A DNA stretch of 64,000 bases, taken from contig OZ296658.1 in the NCBI GenBank assembly GCA_965655095.1, forward strand, positions 75,020,001-75,084,000, in the 5' to 3' direction. This document shows, one piece after another, positions 11,016 to 24,108 of this stretch (positions within the stretch are counted from its first letter, which is position 1; each line of letters starts with the position of its first letter). This stretch comes from Haplodiscus bocki. Lineage: Eukaryota. The notes beneath the pieces were generated by a model. The model was given only the letters and a program-made list of their open reading frames with translations, was not told where the DNA came from and did not search any database. The translations under genes and the position numbers were made by a program.

Positions 11016-14000
11016 GACGGTGAAAATTACCAGAAGGCGGGATTTTCTGCATCCAATTTTTTTGCTGCATCATTTCTGGTGATTGGTTCTTTTTTCTAAA
11101 GGGTTGTTTTTATAAAAGGAAACTGTTGTTTTTTTATTTACGATACCTTACTCCAGGCTGAAGAATAGCTCACACGACGCGGTACAACTGATACATGGAT
11201 ACATGGACAGTTTGTCTCACACCGTAAGATTGCGTTTTTTCCGCAAAACGTATAGTTTTGTAGACTTTTTAAAAGTTGACAACAGCAGCAATGAAGGATG
11301 GCAAACATACTTTCTGGTCGATTTTTACACAAACTCAGGTCAAAACGGCGCTAATGTAACAAATTTTTAAAGTTGTCAGCTGCAGAAATAATATTTAACT
11401 TCACCCATTTACCCGTGACCGACTTACATAACAATGAACGTTTTCATTGGATAACCTTCCCATTTGTTTAATCCGGAATTTTTCAAAGAAATCATTGGCT
11501 TGCAGAATGGGTGATGTACCTGAAGCATTTCTTGGTGGTCCTCCATACCGTTTTTTGTTCTTCAGAGAAACTATATTGGTGTTGCGGGCTCGTCCACGTC
11601 ATTTGGCCTTTTTCATACATGAAAAAGTACAGTTAGGTGTTCTGTACCAGAGAAATTCATGAACAAAAAGTTCCGCGCCAAAACATTTCATCCATTATGT
11701 AACTATTTTATTCATGCACCGTTCAAAACGCATTAAATACGTTTAATGCGTCCAGAAGCAGAACAAAAGGATTAATGGTAACTAGCCATTTTCATCATTG
11801 ACTTGAGACACTTGTCTCCATTGTCTCCATCAAGTCATCGTCAGCCATAGATTATGACAAGTTAAAGGCCACTTTGATGACGTATCAGTGCTGATAGTAG
11901 ACTAAATGTGTGTCTTTCTTTTGTCAAGTGGTGAAATTCGTGCTTTGATTTTCCTGATTTTCAGCTTTTACCAACAATAAACGTGGTTAGTGAAAGGAAT
12001 CGAAACAGTTTCTGAAGGTATCATGCTCAGTTAAAACGATGCTTCTTTACTATTGATGACTTTCAAGAGTGGTTTCGATTTTAAGAATTTTTTTCTTCTA
12101 CAGACCGAACCAGAACTGTCGCGTTTCACAAACGTTTTTGCGTGAGGTTCTTGGAAGAGGCTATTCGGTCGGTTCCGACGCATACATAACGGAGTTTTAC
12201 ACTTATTCCAAAATAACTTTTGAATTTTGTGTAAAAAATTACTTGTTGTCAGATAAAATGATCAGCGAACGAGCATGTTATGGATACGTTTTATTCTTGT
12301 GAAGTTTTGTCGAGGTTTCTTTTTGGATATTGCGTTTTTATATCAAATCGTAAATTGTTTCACGTGAACTCGGCATCGCCAATTTCCAATCCCGCATTTG
12401 AACCCTTTCATGTAGATACTTTTTCGTATGTGATAGAAACGTATGAACTGTTCATCCTGTAATTCCTGACTCACTGAAGTCTCAACTGATTTTGGTGAAC
12501 AATTTTTGGCTTGTGTCGATAAATTCGGCGCATTAACTTTGGTAAATTACTTTGCTAACGTTTTCCTGGGAGAAGAGTGCTGTGTAACGCTTGTCAGAAT
12601 CGCTGGCTGACTACTAATACTTTTCAATAATTTCTAAAACTAAAAGGGGGACTACGCTGTTATCATCGTACATGAAATGTTGAAATAGTTAATGGCGCAT
12701 TGGAGACGTGGGAAATTGAAAAGTAAACAAAATAATCGTTACTTTTAATGTATCCCCTTGGTTGCCAACGTTGACTGGCATTAGAGGAACAATTTCTACA
12801 GGTTCAACAAAGTTGAGCATATTATTGGTTTTGCTTAGGAGGAGAACTTGCTTTCATTTACTTTTTAACCGCCTGCGGCCTAAACACCGGTCACGTAACA
12901 TTTAGTGTTCGCCATTCGTTAGCTGGTGAGTTTGGTGTCAGTCATGCGGTAAACTGAAAACAAGGGATAATTTCTTAGACAAACAGACCGTTTCCGCTGT
13001 CAGTGCGGGAATGAAAGATTACGTAACGTTCTTGTTTCACGCTTTTCAAATAAGGGTTTTATCTCTTTTCAACTGAGCAGTAAAACGCTGTAACATGATA
13101 TCCTACTTTGTTCAACAGTTCAATGTCAGTTTAATTTAAGCTAATTTTTCATGTTCATTGCTTTAGATATATTTGCTGTTCTTATCGCCAACTACAGGAC
13201 GGTTAAGTTTCCAGCAGTAAAAAGCAAGCTTCAGATTGATTGCCATTGTAGTCAGCTTGAAGTAAAGGCAGATAATTGTGTAGTCTGTGTCATTATAGGA
13301 AAATTCTTCATGATTTTCGGGTGCTCATTAAAAATAACGTTCGAATATATGAAAGGCAGATTAAACTTGAGTATTTTTTTGTTTTTGGTTGTGCTGTGCT
13401 GGCAGGGAAGAAAATGATGCAATTTTGCGTGTATCTGCAAAAGTTTATTTTCGTTTTTGTTTGTGTTTGCCAATTGTCACCATATTGAGTAAATTAATGA
13501 CAAAAAGTGTGTTTCTCGTGCAGTTGTGTGAATGGTCTCTGTTTCATTCCACGTCAAAAGGGGCAAGTAATTGGCTGGTACCAATTATCGCAAGTGAAAG
13601 TTTTTGGGGAATTTTGACATACGCCTCCTTCCTGTAGGAGTTTGCTGGTTTTTGTTGCAGACCAAAACTTGCGACCTGAAGTCAAAGATTTTATATCGGC
13701 TTCCCTTTCTTGAAGGGTTAATTTGGAAAGTAGTTTATTGCTTCTTGTAAATGTTTAGAGACTTTCATTGTGTTTTCTATGTGCTTTGCCTGTAGGACTT
13801 TTGCTATTTGATGTCGGCACGAGTGAAGCACTATATGTAAAAGGCATCTTCCCAAAGCCTTGGTTTCGCTCAGAGGCCTTCGCAAAACCAAGGCGCTTCT
13901 GTTTTTCATTATTCAATTCGCAATGGAAACTGTAACCGTTATGGAAACAGTCCTTTCCTAAAAACTTCAAAAAGGTTTGAAATGCGGAAAGGAATAAATA

Positions 14001-14179
14001 TCACAGTCTGTATGTCGAATTTATAGCAGCCTCTGGAGCTCTATTTGTCGCAAATGGGTCCTTGGCGGCTTCAATTATCTGGGGTCTGTAATTTTTTTTG
14101 TGTTTCAAATAGGTTTGGTAAATTTTGACATGCTGCTTCCCTTTTTTGTGCAATCAAACCTGCAACCAAAAAGCAAAAC

Positions 14180-17100
14180 ATGAATCGTCGCCGTTGTACT
14201 TCTTGTGGACAATTTGCTGTTGCAAGCCATGTTTGCCTGAAGGACATTGATCGAGAACTGCAATCTGATGAGCCGCTGGGCATCTTATACAAAATTCCCG
14301 ACATTTCAATCTCCGTTTCACCAGTTGCACGAAGTGAAACTCTGAACTGTCTCTCAACTTTAGGTCTAACTGATTTTTTAGTCTCTCTAGACGTTTCGAT
14401 CGCAAATGACAGTATCATTTATAATTTGCGTCCGGCGCGTGTAACTGCGATTCTTGGCGATGGTAATTGCCTTTTCTCATCCTTAGCAGTTGCTCTCGGT
14501 TTGTCACAGGATTGTAGTTCAATTCTACGGAATATAATTGTTAGCAACATGACAACATGATGTTCATCAACTTCCCTCCAAACAGCTTACAAACCACAAT
14601 TTACTCCGCTGATTTTCCAAACCAATACCGTGTTTTGCTTTGTACTTCGATTCAAGAGTACCTCAGTTTGTCGAAAATGGAAGAAAATGGAGTCTTCGGA
14701 ACATGCGTTGAAATATACGCGTTTTGTCAGATTTTCCAAATGGACGTATATTTATATCATGTTCCTCTGAAATCCTGGTTGGTTTATGAATGCTCTCTGA
14801 GCACGAATCGTCGTGGAATTTTCATTCAGCAAACCTGGAATGCAAATCACTTTGAAGTAATCAGTGAGTTGGTTTCAGTCGCAAATGAAGAAAACGCTGC
14901 AGGTTCACAAAGAATTTCCTGTCTTAGTTCCAACGCAATGCATTTCTCTTCGTCAGTTTTGGGAGAGGATATTGAATCTTTCAGGTACCCAGAAAACACA
15001 ACAGGGGTCCCACCAGCGAAAAAAGCAAAACACACTGCGGATCCATCCACCTCGAAGACATGCCTTGAAACTCACGTCACACACATTCCAAGTCAGAACT
15101 CCTGTAACGCAAAGTCAGATCAAAATTTTCCGATGCTACCGTTGTCAGAAAACGCTACCAAATCTGTTCTGAGCAGAGAAATACCCAAAATCGAGGATCT
15201 GTACACTAACACTGCTACGGTTTCACACAGTGATGCAACAATTGAACAAACGACAGATGGTAATTCTAAGTCTGCTGACGGAGAGTTTTGCGGCAAATGC
15301 TTGCGACAATCCACGCTGCAATATCCGTTAAAGCTTACTAAGACAGAAAAGTCAGATTTTATAAACAGAATGTTTGGTAACCGAATCAAGGACGCTTTTC
15401 CCATATTATGCAATCAATGTCTACTTTACTGTACTTCCGAACGCATCGAGTGGAGTCACGCATAGCCATCTGTTTTTTTCACGCTTTTGAGTGATGAAAA
15501 AATGCCCAAGGAGCAGCAGTTGAATGTTTTAACGTTGTTACCTTGGGAACTGAGACAGCAATGGATGGGATGCTTGGAAAAATTTACTCCATGAGTCCAA
15601 CAGTTTCTCAATGGAAAAGAAATCAATGGGAAATGTGTCGTTGACGGAACCGCTCGTTTGCATTATTTCCAGAAACTGATCAAAACTCTTCAACAAGAAC
15701 AAATAGCAGTAGCTTTGGATAAAGAACCTTACCCGAACGTTCGGTGCCCATTTGGTTGCTGGTGTTTCATTGAAGAATCCGGTTTAATCAATGCTAAACA
15801 CTTTTTGAATCTATTCGACCCAGCTTTTACGTCTTTTGGAGCTTCTAGTCATTTGCATCTTAGAGGAATTAGGTCAGATTTCTTGGTTCCGACGTCATCG
15901 TTGCGGAAGTTTTTAATTGCAACAAGTGTGCGTGTAGACAAAGTAGAAGGATTGGTTGTTCACGCTTGCCTTATGCACTCAAAGGGGTCGTCTGTGCAAT
16001 ACCTTCATCCTCCATCACATCCTGTCCTGTCAAGAACTGCGTTAATTCACGATGAGCGTTTGAGTATGGTGGCACCAACAATTTCGTGGATAACAAATAT
16101 TAAAGCAAATTTCGCCAGTCATACCTACCAGTTATTGAAAAGTGTTGGTTCTTATAGTGGAATGAGTACAGTTCAGTTGCGGCGGCGAACGCGTTGGGAC
16201 ATCACCAGCGATATCTTGTACCACGCTGAAGGCCTCGCGTGCCGTTTTCGGGAAGATGTTAAAACGAAGATTTGTGAATGGGTGAAAGAAGGTAAAATCG
16301 TTGAAGATGTAGCTTTGGGGATTCTTGACTATCCTGCACAGATTGAAAACATATCAGAGTGTTTGTTGCCTGCCCTTTCTACAGATTTGGAGACTTGTGT
16401 AGAAATAGCTAAAGTTCTAGATAAAAATGATAAAGACTATTTAAACAACGTGGAAGCTTTGAGTTGTTATTCCTTCGCCCACGGAACCGGCGAGTATGGT
16501 TGTTCGCCCCCTCCTCTGAATTGTAAAGGCAGCAATGTTTTTTGGCTTGTACAAGCTGCACTGTGTCTGTCACCGTTGATGTGTCGTTCTTTAGTAACAT
16601 CAGGTAAGTATTCTGTGACCTTGAGGCCTTTGATATCTTCGCTGAGGAATGTTTTTATTACCTCAAAGGCAATGAAGAAAGCCAGCAATACGCTACTTCT
16701 ACGGCGCTCGGAAGAAGCAATAAACACCTTGCTAGAGAAAAACCGAACTGAAGAGCAGTTAAAAGGTGTGAAGTACTGTTGTTGCCATCTCGCCGCACAG
16801 TTTTTGGCAACCGTGTCAGAGAATTTTTGCCTCATCCCCTTAACGAATCGAAAAAATATAACTTGTTATACAAATCTGCAACTTCCCGTTGAAACAACTC
16901 ACGCTATATTCACCACCAACTCCCCCAATAATTTGCGGAGCAAAAGCGAACCTCCGCTAAAGTTGGTTATCAGCGATATCGGCTATGAACTGATTGCAGT
17001 CGGAGCAAAGGATGGAGGCCCGGCCGCCGAGCCAAGGTTGATGGTTCGACATGGAGGTGACTTCCAGAAGTTCTGGCTTTTGGAGAAAAACTGCAGATAC

Positions 17101-20100
17101 GCTAAGAAGATGACAGAGTCTAGAACTGAGGCTTTGAGTTCAGGTCTTCGTGGATATTGGACAATAGCAATTTATGAGAAATCAAGAAATCTTGAATTAG
17201 CTGATTTGAAATGGAAATTGCTGAGCACTTTGACTGGTCAGGGCGTCTTCATCTGTGAGTCTCATGACGTTCCTTTGACAAGAGACTTCAGAAAGAGCAG
17301 TTTTCGTTGTAGATGCACCCGTGCTTCTTTTTTGCGTTGCCCTTATTCCCAATGTAACAGTTGCGTATGCAAGCGTCACTTCAACGAAGGTCTACAGAAT
17401 CCGAATAGACGTGTTCTTGTTGATCCAATGCCGATGTCGGAAAAGAGGGCAAATACGCATTTCTCTCCTGTTAATTCAGAGTCGTCTAGCTTGCGAGTTG
17501 TATCCGAAACATCATCTATTGTAGAGTCTATCGAATCAAGCGAGCCTGATGCAGCAGCAATTGCCTTTGGTATGGTGTCCAACAACAATTTGTCTGTTGT
17601 TGGGGATTTTTCTTTGGAAGTTGACAACCATGAACCTCTTGAAGAAAGCATAAATGTATTGGCTAGTCTCCAAACTTGCCCTGATAAAAAAGCTCTTTTC
17701 ATCGATCCACATCGAAATGAAGACCTTTTCAAACTGCCACTTCACATTCTGCTCAATTCTCAATGCAACCTTTTGTACCGGCATAAAGGGAGTCCAATCA
17801 GTTTGTCGCTGAAAGAAAAACGTTTTTTAGAAAACATTGCAGCAACTTCCACGACAGCGCTGCCTCTAATTCAACCAGAAGCTCTTTTGTTTCCATCAAT
17901 TTTCTGGTGTCAAGCTAACAACGGTAGTTTTCATGGAGCAATACCAGCCGCGCTTTACAACAACTCCAAGTACAACAGACAACTGGGTTTTGCTGGTTTG
18001 GAAGACATGCTTCGTACGAGAATCAAAGATGGTTCGCTGTTGACATCATGCAATCCAACTTATTTGCAGTATGTGTTTGACAGCCTTTTGAACATGCAGC
18101 TTCACAAAACTGATGTTAGATTGGTTTTAAATCGGGGATGGCAGGAAGTGAGTTCCGGCCCTACAAATTGTTCATTTGTTTCAACGCAAACATTCAAGTT
18201 TGACTGTGCGGAAAGTCGTAAAAATGTCTGTGAACTCGCAGCTTTAATTCGAGATAAAAATCCAACGTACTTTTTGACATATACTTGCAGCCAGTCGACC
18301 CATCCTGGCGTTAGAAAAATTTTTCAGGCGCTCTATGAAATGTACCCACCAGAAACTACAAAAAAAGAACTGCTCTCTGCGGCCATTCAAGCAGAATTGA
18401 TGCCGATGCTCAGGTGTTGGTATAGAGCTTCACAATACGTAATGGAGTGGGTGAAAAAATCTCCAGAAAGACCACTGGGACCGGTATCCCACATTTGGAT
18501 GCGGTATGAATGGCAGGAGGAGACAGCTGGGTTCCCTCATTTGCATGTGATACTTTGTACTCCAGAAGACAAGTTTTCTAATGAGGTGAGATCTCGAGTT
18601 TGCTGTTGAAAAGAAACATTTTTGGGTGCATTAGAAAGCAGTTGCCCTCAATTAACGAAAGACGAAAGGTTGCATCTCGGTGAGTTATTTCAAAAGTATC
18701 AAATTCATAACTGTACCAAAGGGCGTCAGCGATGCCATAAAAAAACAGATCGTCTCAATCAGCCAATTTGTCGTGTGCCAAGATATCCACCATCGAATGC
18801 ATTTTCGTTCAAAAAAGTTCCCATTAACTTCTCTTCTGAAACAATGGACTTGTTACAAGCCATGGACTTAGCAGACATTGACGTTAACACGTTGTTGCCG
18901 AAGATCAAAGACCCTCTAATTGCCGGGAAGCATCACTATCCGACTGTGTCTAACGAGCATTTCTCGCCAACCAATGCAGCTTTGTTTGCACTGACTCAAT
19001 CAAGCACTAACGTTCAAATTTGCGACGATTACACGGCACCCCGTTACGTTGCGAAGTATGCAGCGGGCATTGAATCTCGAGCAGCAGCCACAATTGTTGC
19101 AGGTCAGACAGAGAACAGTGTAAAGGTTCTGACAGAACCGATAGAACATGAGAAGATAGCAGGTGTTCGAGCTTGTTTGAAAAATTTGCGTCAGGAAGAG
19201 AAACGACAATCAGTAAAAGGTCGCATTGTCAGTATTACTGAATGTCTTTGGTGGTGCTTACAACTTCCTTACGTCTGCACAAATGTTGACTTTGTACATG
19301 TGCCTACAGTTCCCAAAGAATATCGTTCAGGAATTGTAATTGAGAAACGTTTTCACAAGTCTCCGAATTTCAGCGCCACTTTCACTGATGGAATCCGTGT
19401 GCGAAAAGAATTATTGGAACTTCGACAATTTACAAAAAGTCAAACCCTCCTCCTTGCAGATGTTGAAAACAGTTTCATTTCTCCTGACAAGGTAACTGTT
19501 TTTGGACTGAGGCCGCCGGAACTTTTGTTCGTATCGCAGTTAAAAGACTATTACAGCTGGTTTGTGCGCTGGAAACCCAGAAGAACAAACTGCCTTAGCA
19601 ATCACGAGAAGTTCTTGAAAAAAGGTTTACGTAAAAGCTGCTGGGTTGATGCACTTGGATATTTGGTTAAACTGCGCCCATCTGCTGTTAACTCTTTCGT
19701 AAGTCTCTGTCAAGAAAAGTTTGGTGAAGAACGGAATCAGATCTTGAAACGCGAAATGAGGAAACACATTGTTCCCATTCTTGAAAACAAGAACAGTTCT
19801 CAGTTCGTTGCTCATTGGAAAAACTTGTCAGAAGAAGAGGCCGTTGTTGTTTTCAGCAACAGTCTACCGAATAACCCAACAAAGTTTTTACTTCATCTGT
19901 TACTGACCGTCGGGAAACTTGACACTGAGTTGGACATCTTGAACGTCCAAACTTTCAAAGAAGCTTTCATAAAAGCGGGTATTTTGCTAAACTCAACCGT
20001 CACTGATGGCGAAGTGAAAGAAATAGCTAAGAAGTATTTGCTGGAACAGCTTCGCTTCACTCCAGGGTCATCTAAATTGATTGACACTTACTTGGTAATG

Positions 20101-22248
20101 GCCCATAGTGTCATATCGGAGGCACTGTTGATAAACAATCTCTTTTTTGCTGCTGCTTTACCACCTGTTCTCGACAAAAGCGTCCTGGAGGAATGCGAAG
20201 AAACAGTCACAATTCAACTGGCTATGGAAAAGTGTAAAATGATAGCTTTCCTTCAGACATGTCAGACTGAATTACCTGCAGAGCAAACGATGATCGACGC
20301 CACTTTCAATACTCCAGTGCCTTGGAAGCCACTTTTACAGAAGAGCCCGGATCAAAGTAAAAACTCATATTTAGAGCAACGTCAAGTTTTGGACGAACTC
20401 ATTAATTCAATAGACATGTATAAACGAGGACATTGCACTTTCATAAGACATCAGATTGTTTTCGGTCCACCAGGAAGCGGCAAAACTTTTGTGATGCTGA
20501 AATCTCTTGCTTACGCCTTATGTCAAGGATAGCATTGTGTGGTGACATCCATAGCAGCTGAAAGATCTGCTGCTTTAGCTGGAAAACATCTGAATGCTTT
20601 GATACCATTTCCAGTTGAAAAATGTTGCTCTGCAGAATCACTTTCGAAGAAGGCTCTGTCCAATTTACAACGATCTCCTATCAAAAGCCGAGTTTTACAG
20701 CACTTAGACGTAATTTTCGTTGAAGAACTTTCGATGATATCTAGCGAGCTTTGGGCAGCGACAGATCATGTTTTGCAAGTTGTCACAGCAAATTATGTTC
20801 CTTTCGGCGGAAAACTCGTTGTCGCAACTGGTGACTTCTTTCAACTTCCTCCGCCCTCTGGATCTTACTTGATGAGTTCCTCTTTTCCTTCAACAACCTT
20901 TGCTTTCCACAATTTGAAAAATTTTGTCCGAATGCGGAACAAGAACGGCCAGGAACTGTTATCATTGTTATCAGCAACGCCTAAAACAGATGCCAATGCA
21001 GAAAAAATTTGGAAAATTATGGAGAAAGATTGCACTTTTGTACAATCGTGGAACGACGTGCCGAACGATAGAATTCGAATTTTTGCTACTAGACAAGCGG
21101 AACGGAAAGCAACCGAGAATAAAATCACTGAAGTTAAATGCAGCAGAGCACAATACTTTGAAAGTGCGTCCATCGACGAAATGTGCGTTTCGAGCACCGA
21201 CAACTGGAGTGAGGCGTCTGCAACAGCGTCGAAGTTCCTGAACAAAAAGTGCCTTGAGCCCCAATCACTTTTTCTATACCCCGGTGCTATTATGCGATTA
21301 ACTGTCAACAAACCATCCTTATCAGCATATCAAGGTCAATTTTGCGTCCTCCTGACTTTGGATACCATTGAAAATGGTACCCTAACAGTTGCTCTTGCTC
21401 CAGCTGGTTGCAGAAATATCCCGCCACTCTCTGTGATCAGAAACAGTTGGAGGTGTGTTGTTATTGGCAAGGAAACTGGTGTAGCCTTCCGATTAAACCA
21501 TAAAACAGTGTGCAGGAGGATACAGTATCCGTTAAAGCTTTTTGTTGCGTCCACCATTCACAAGACCATGGGCGAAACTCTGCCGATGGTGGCGACGCAA
21601 ATAGTGGGGTCACGAGATTTTGCTTTGTGGCTTCCTGAGCAGTTGTATGTGGTTATGAGCAGGGTACGGAGTTTGAACCATGTCACTTTTGTGGGCACGA
21701 AGGAGGAGAATAGAAGAGCAGTTTTAGACTTAGTCCGCAAAAAATCACAGTGGGCTGAGCTGACTAATGAAATTCTGACAAAAAGTTCTGTGCGCGATCC
21801 CACAGTTTATCATGCCAAAGCATCGCCTTTTCCGCCATCAACTCGTGACCTACCTACCCAAAACTTGGGTTTCTGTTACTTGCTGCAGAGTGTCCCACAA
21901 AGTCAGCTGTTGTACATTGGCTCCACTATGTCCTTGGTGCGTCGTCTGAGGGAACACAATTCTGGGTTAGGTTCTAAGTTCACAAAAATTACAAATCGGT
22001 TGCCCTGGAAAGTTTGTGCCTATGTAACTGGGTTCAATTTAACCAATGCGTCTCATAGAGTCCGCGTATTTGAGAAAGAATGGCTGGATGCAGCATCGAA
22101 CTACGTTAATCTCAAAAAGAAAAATGTATCACTCTTCACAGCCATCAATTTAGGTGAAGACATCGCAAAAACTTGGCCGCACAAAGAAGACGGTTTGAAA
22201 CTTATTGTATGTAGTGGTGAACCCACTGCCTGTTTAAAGCCATGGTGA
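14180..22248 (+). pseudogene. ORF1 of L2: OTU-Rep-PIF1-GIY-YIG polyprotein, disrupted
   Basis: 8-nt duplication (CAACATGA) at ~14545-14560 causes a frameshift. Stops at 15463-65, 15592-94, 18607-09 and 20530-32. A 9-nt in-frame deletion lies near 19420. Confidence 0.92.
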
Positions 22249-23097
22249 TCGCAATATCCATTCTGACAAAACTGTTGAAACCATTTTCTGTTATGCACAA
22301 TGTTTCTGCGTACGCGTTGGATCCCAACTGCTTCGACTGCATAGTGAAGCGTTGACAGAGTTCTCTTCCAATCTTTTGTATATATTTGCATCGACTGCAC
22401 AGTGTTGCGAATTTCAGCATAGGACTACTGACGAAAAATTTTCGGCTCGACTGACTGCTACGGCTGTAGATTGTCGCATTTTGAAATGTCAGCTGGTATT
22501 GCCCCTTCTGTGCCCTCGATAATATGCAGAAGATGAACAGTTTAGAATTTTTGTTCCTGTAGTTAGTTCAGCATTTTTGATTAGTTGAATTTTCTTGCTT
22601 TGTGTAGCTTTGAGTACGTATTAAACTTCAGTTGTGGAACATCTGCAATGAAAATATATTTTATTAACCTTAACTTTCTACAAGTTCTGTGGACGGAAAA
22701 AACCGATTTAATAACGGTGTATTCGAATGCATTGCTCACCTTTTTTTCTATGGCCTTAAATGTTACTGATCGACAAAGCGTGATGCGTTGAACCGTAAGA
22801 TGACTGTAATTGTAACATGACATTTTTATAATTGAACTTAATGATGAAGAAGTCTTGAGAACTCTGAATAATTGATGAATTGTCATGCTTTTTTTTGAAA
22901 AACAGGTTGCTTTACTTGAAGCAGTAGCGCTATTTCATTGTATTAATTGCTTGAAACCGAAAATACTTGCCTGTTGACTGTAAGGAACCTTAACGGAAAT
23001 TGCGTTCACAGAATCTTTAAAAAAAGTAAAAAGCATGGTTTTGAATACTCCAATTGTTCAGTTCTCAGGCAGCTTCAACCACTTTTGATTTCAGACT

Positions 23098-24108
23098 ATG
23101 ACAACTCAAGTCAACACCTCCCAAGTAACAGCTACATTTTTTTTGCGTCGAAGCGAAAATACGTTCGTCAGAGGTATCGTTCTAGTTATTAAGAAAAATG
23201 ACAAACCTTTGCAGTTGTTTAGACCGCAGAATATCAAAAACAAGAGAGGTGCCCTCGATACCAGCTATGATCGATTAGTCATACTAGGCGAGATCAGTTC
23301 GAAAGAATGCTTTGCTGTGATTGCGGAGTCTACACAGAAAAGCTATTTTTTGTTCGGGGACACTCTGTTAACAGTAGGGTCAATTGTGGACGTCAAAGAA
23401 CCTGTGTTCTCCAACTCTTTTCGCGGCAATGATCGCAGTAATCCCATTTTCCATGTCTTTCTTCCTTTGGAAGTCGTGATTAACAATATTCCATTGTTGC
23501 CAATTCCCATAGATCTCCATTCATCAACGACAGCAATGTTTCACTTTTGCTTGCCAAACAGACCCCTCACCTTCTTACAAGCAAGTGCTGTGGCTCCAAC
23601 TTGCTCAGGCTTCATGTGTGACAGACGAGAAAATCGAATTGACTCTGTATGCCCCTGTATACAGAAATCTCCTGTTTCCGCTTGGGTAATGTGCGCCCGA
23701 ATTATCAGTCGTGACATCGAAAATGAAGACGAAGACTCCCTCACGGGAGAAATATTACACAGTCTTAACCTGACAAAAATGTTTTGCAGCGAAGCTATTA
23801 TTAGAACTTCATATGCATCAATCAATTCACAACAACTGCGGAATGCTGTTAACCAGGTGTCCCAATTTGTAAATGAGAATGGAGGGTGGCAGGTACGTGG
23901 ATTTTACAAAACTGGATCCACAGACGAAAATCTTGCACAAAACGTACAACGTGCCCGCATTTGCGAAATTACGCCTGCCGTTGAAGTGCCTTTTAACTTG
24001 AAGTACAACATTGTGCCATGCAACGCCAATATTGGCAATGAACCCTCAGCTTTGCAGCATGCGAATGCTAACGTCGGTGCTCCTAACAATCCGAACGACG
24101 TACGATAG
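23098..24108 (+). CDS. ORF2, 336 aa accessory protein with a Cys cluster (CSGFMCD...CPC); possible OB-fold/zinc ssDNA-binding protein
   Basis: Intact ATG-to-TAG ORF with the same length in L4 and homologous broken copies in L1 and L3. The fold assignment is inference only. Confidence 0.8.
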   Translation: MTTQVNTSQVTATFFLRRSENTFVRGIVLVIKKNDKPLQLFRPQNIKNKRGALDTSYDRLVILGEISSKECFAVIAESTQKSYFLFGDTLLTVGSIVDVKEPVFSNSFRGNDRSNPIFHVFLPLEVVINNIPLLPIPIDLHSSTTAMFHFCLPNRPLTFLQASAVAPTCSGFMCDRRENRIDSVCPCIQKSPVSAWVMCARIISRDIENEDEDSLTGEILHSLNLTKMFCSEAIIRTSYASINSQQLRNAVNQVSQFVNENGGWQVRGFYKTGSTDENLAQNVQRARICEITPAVEVPFNLKYNIVPCNANIGNEPSALQHANANVGAPNNPNDVR

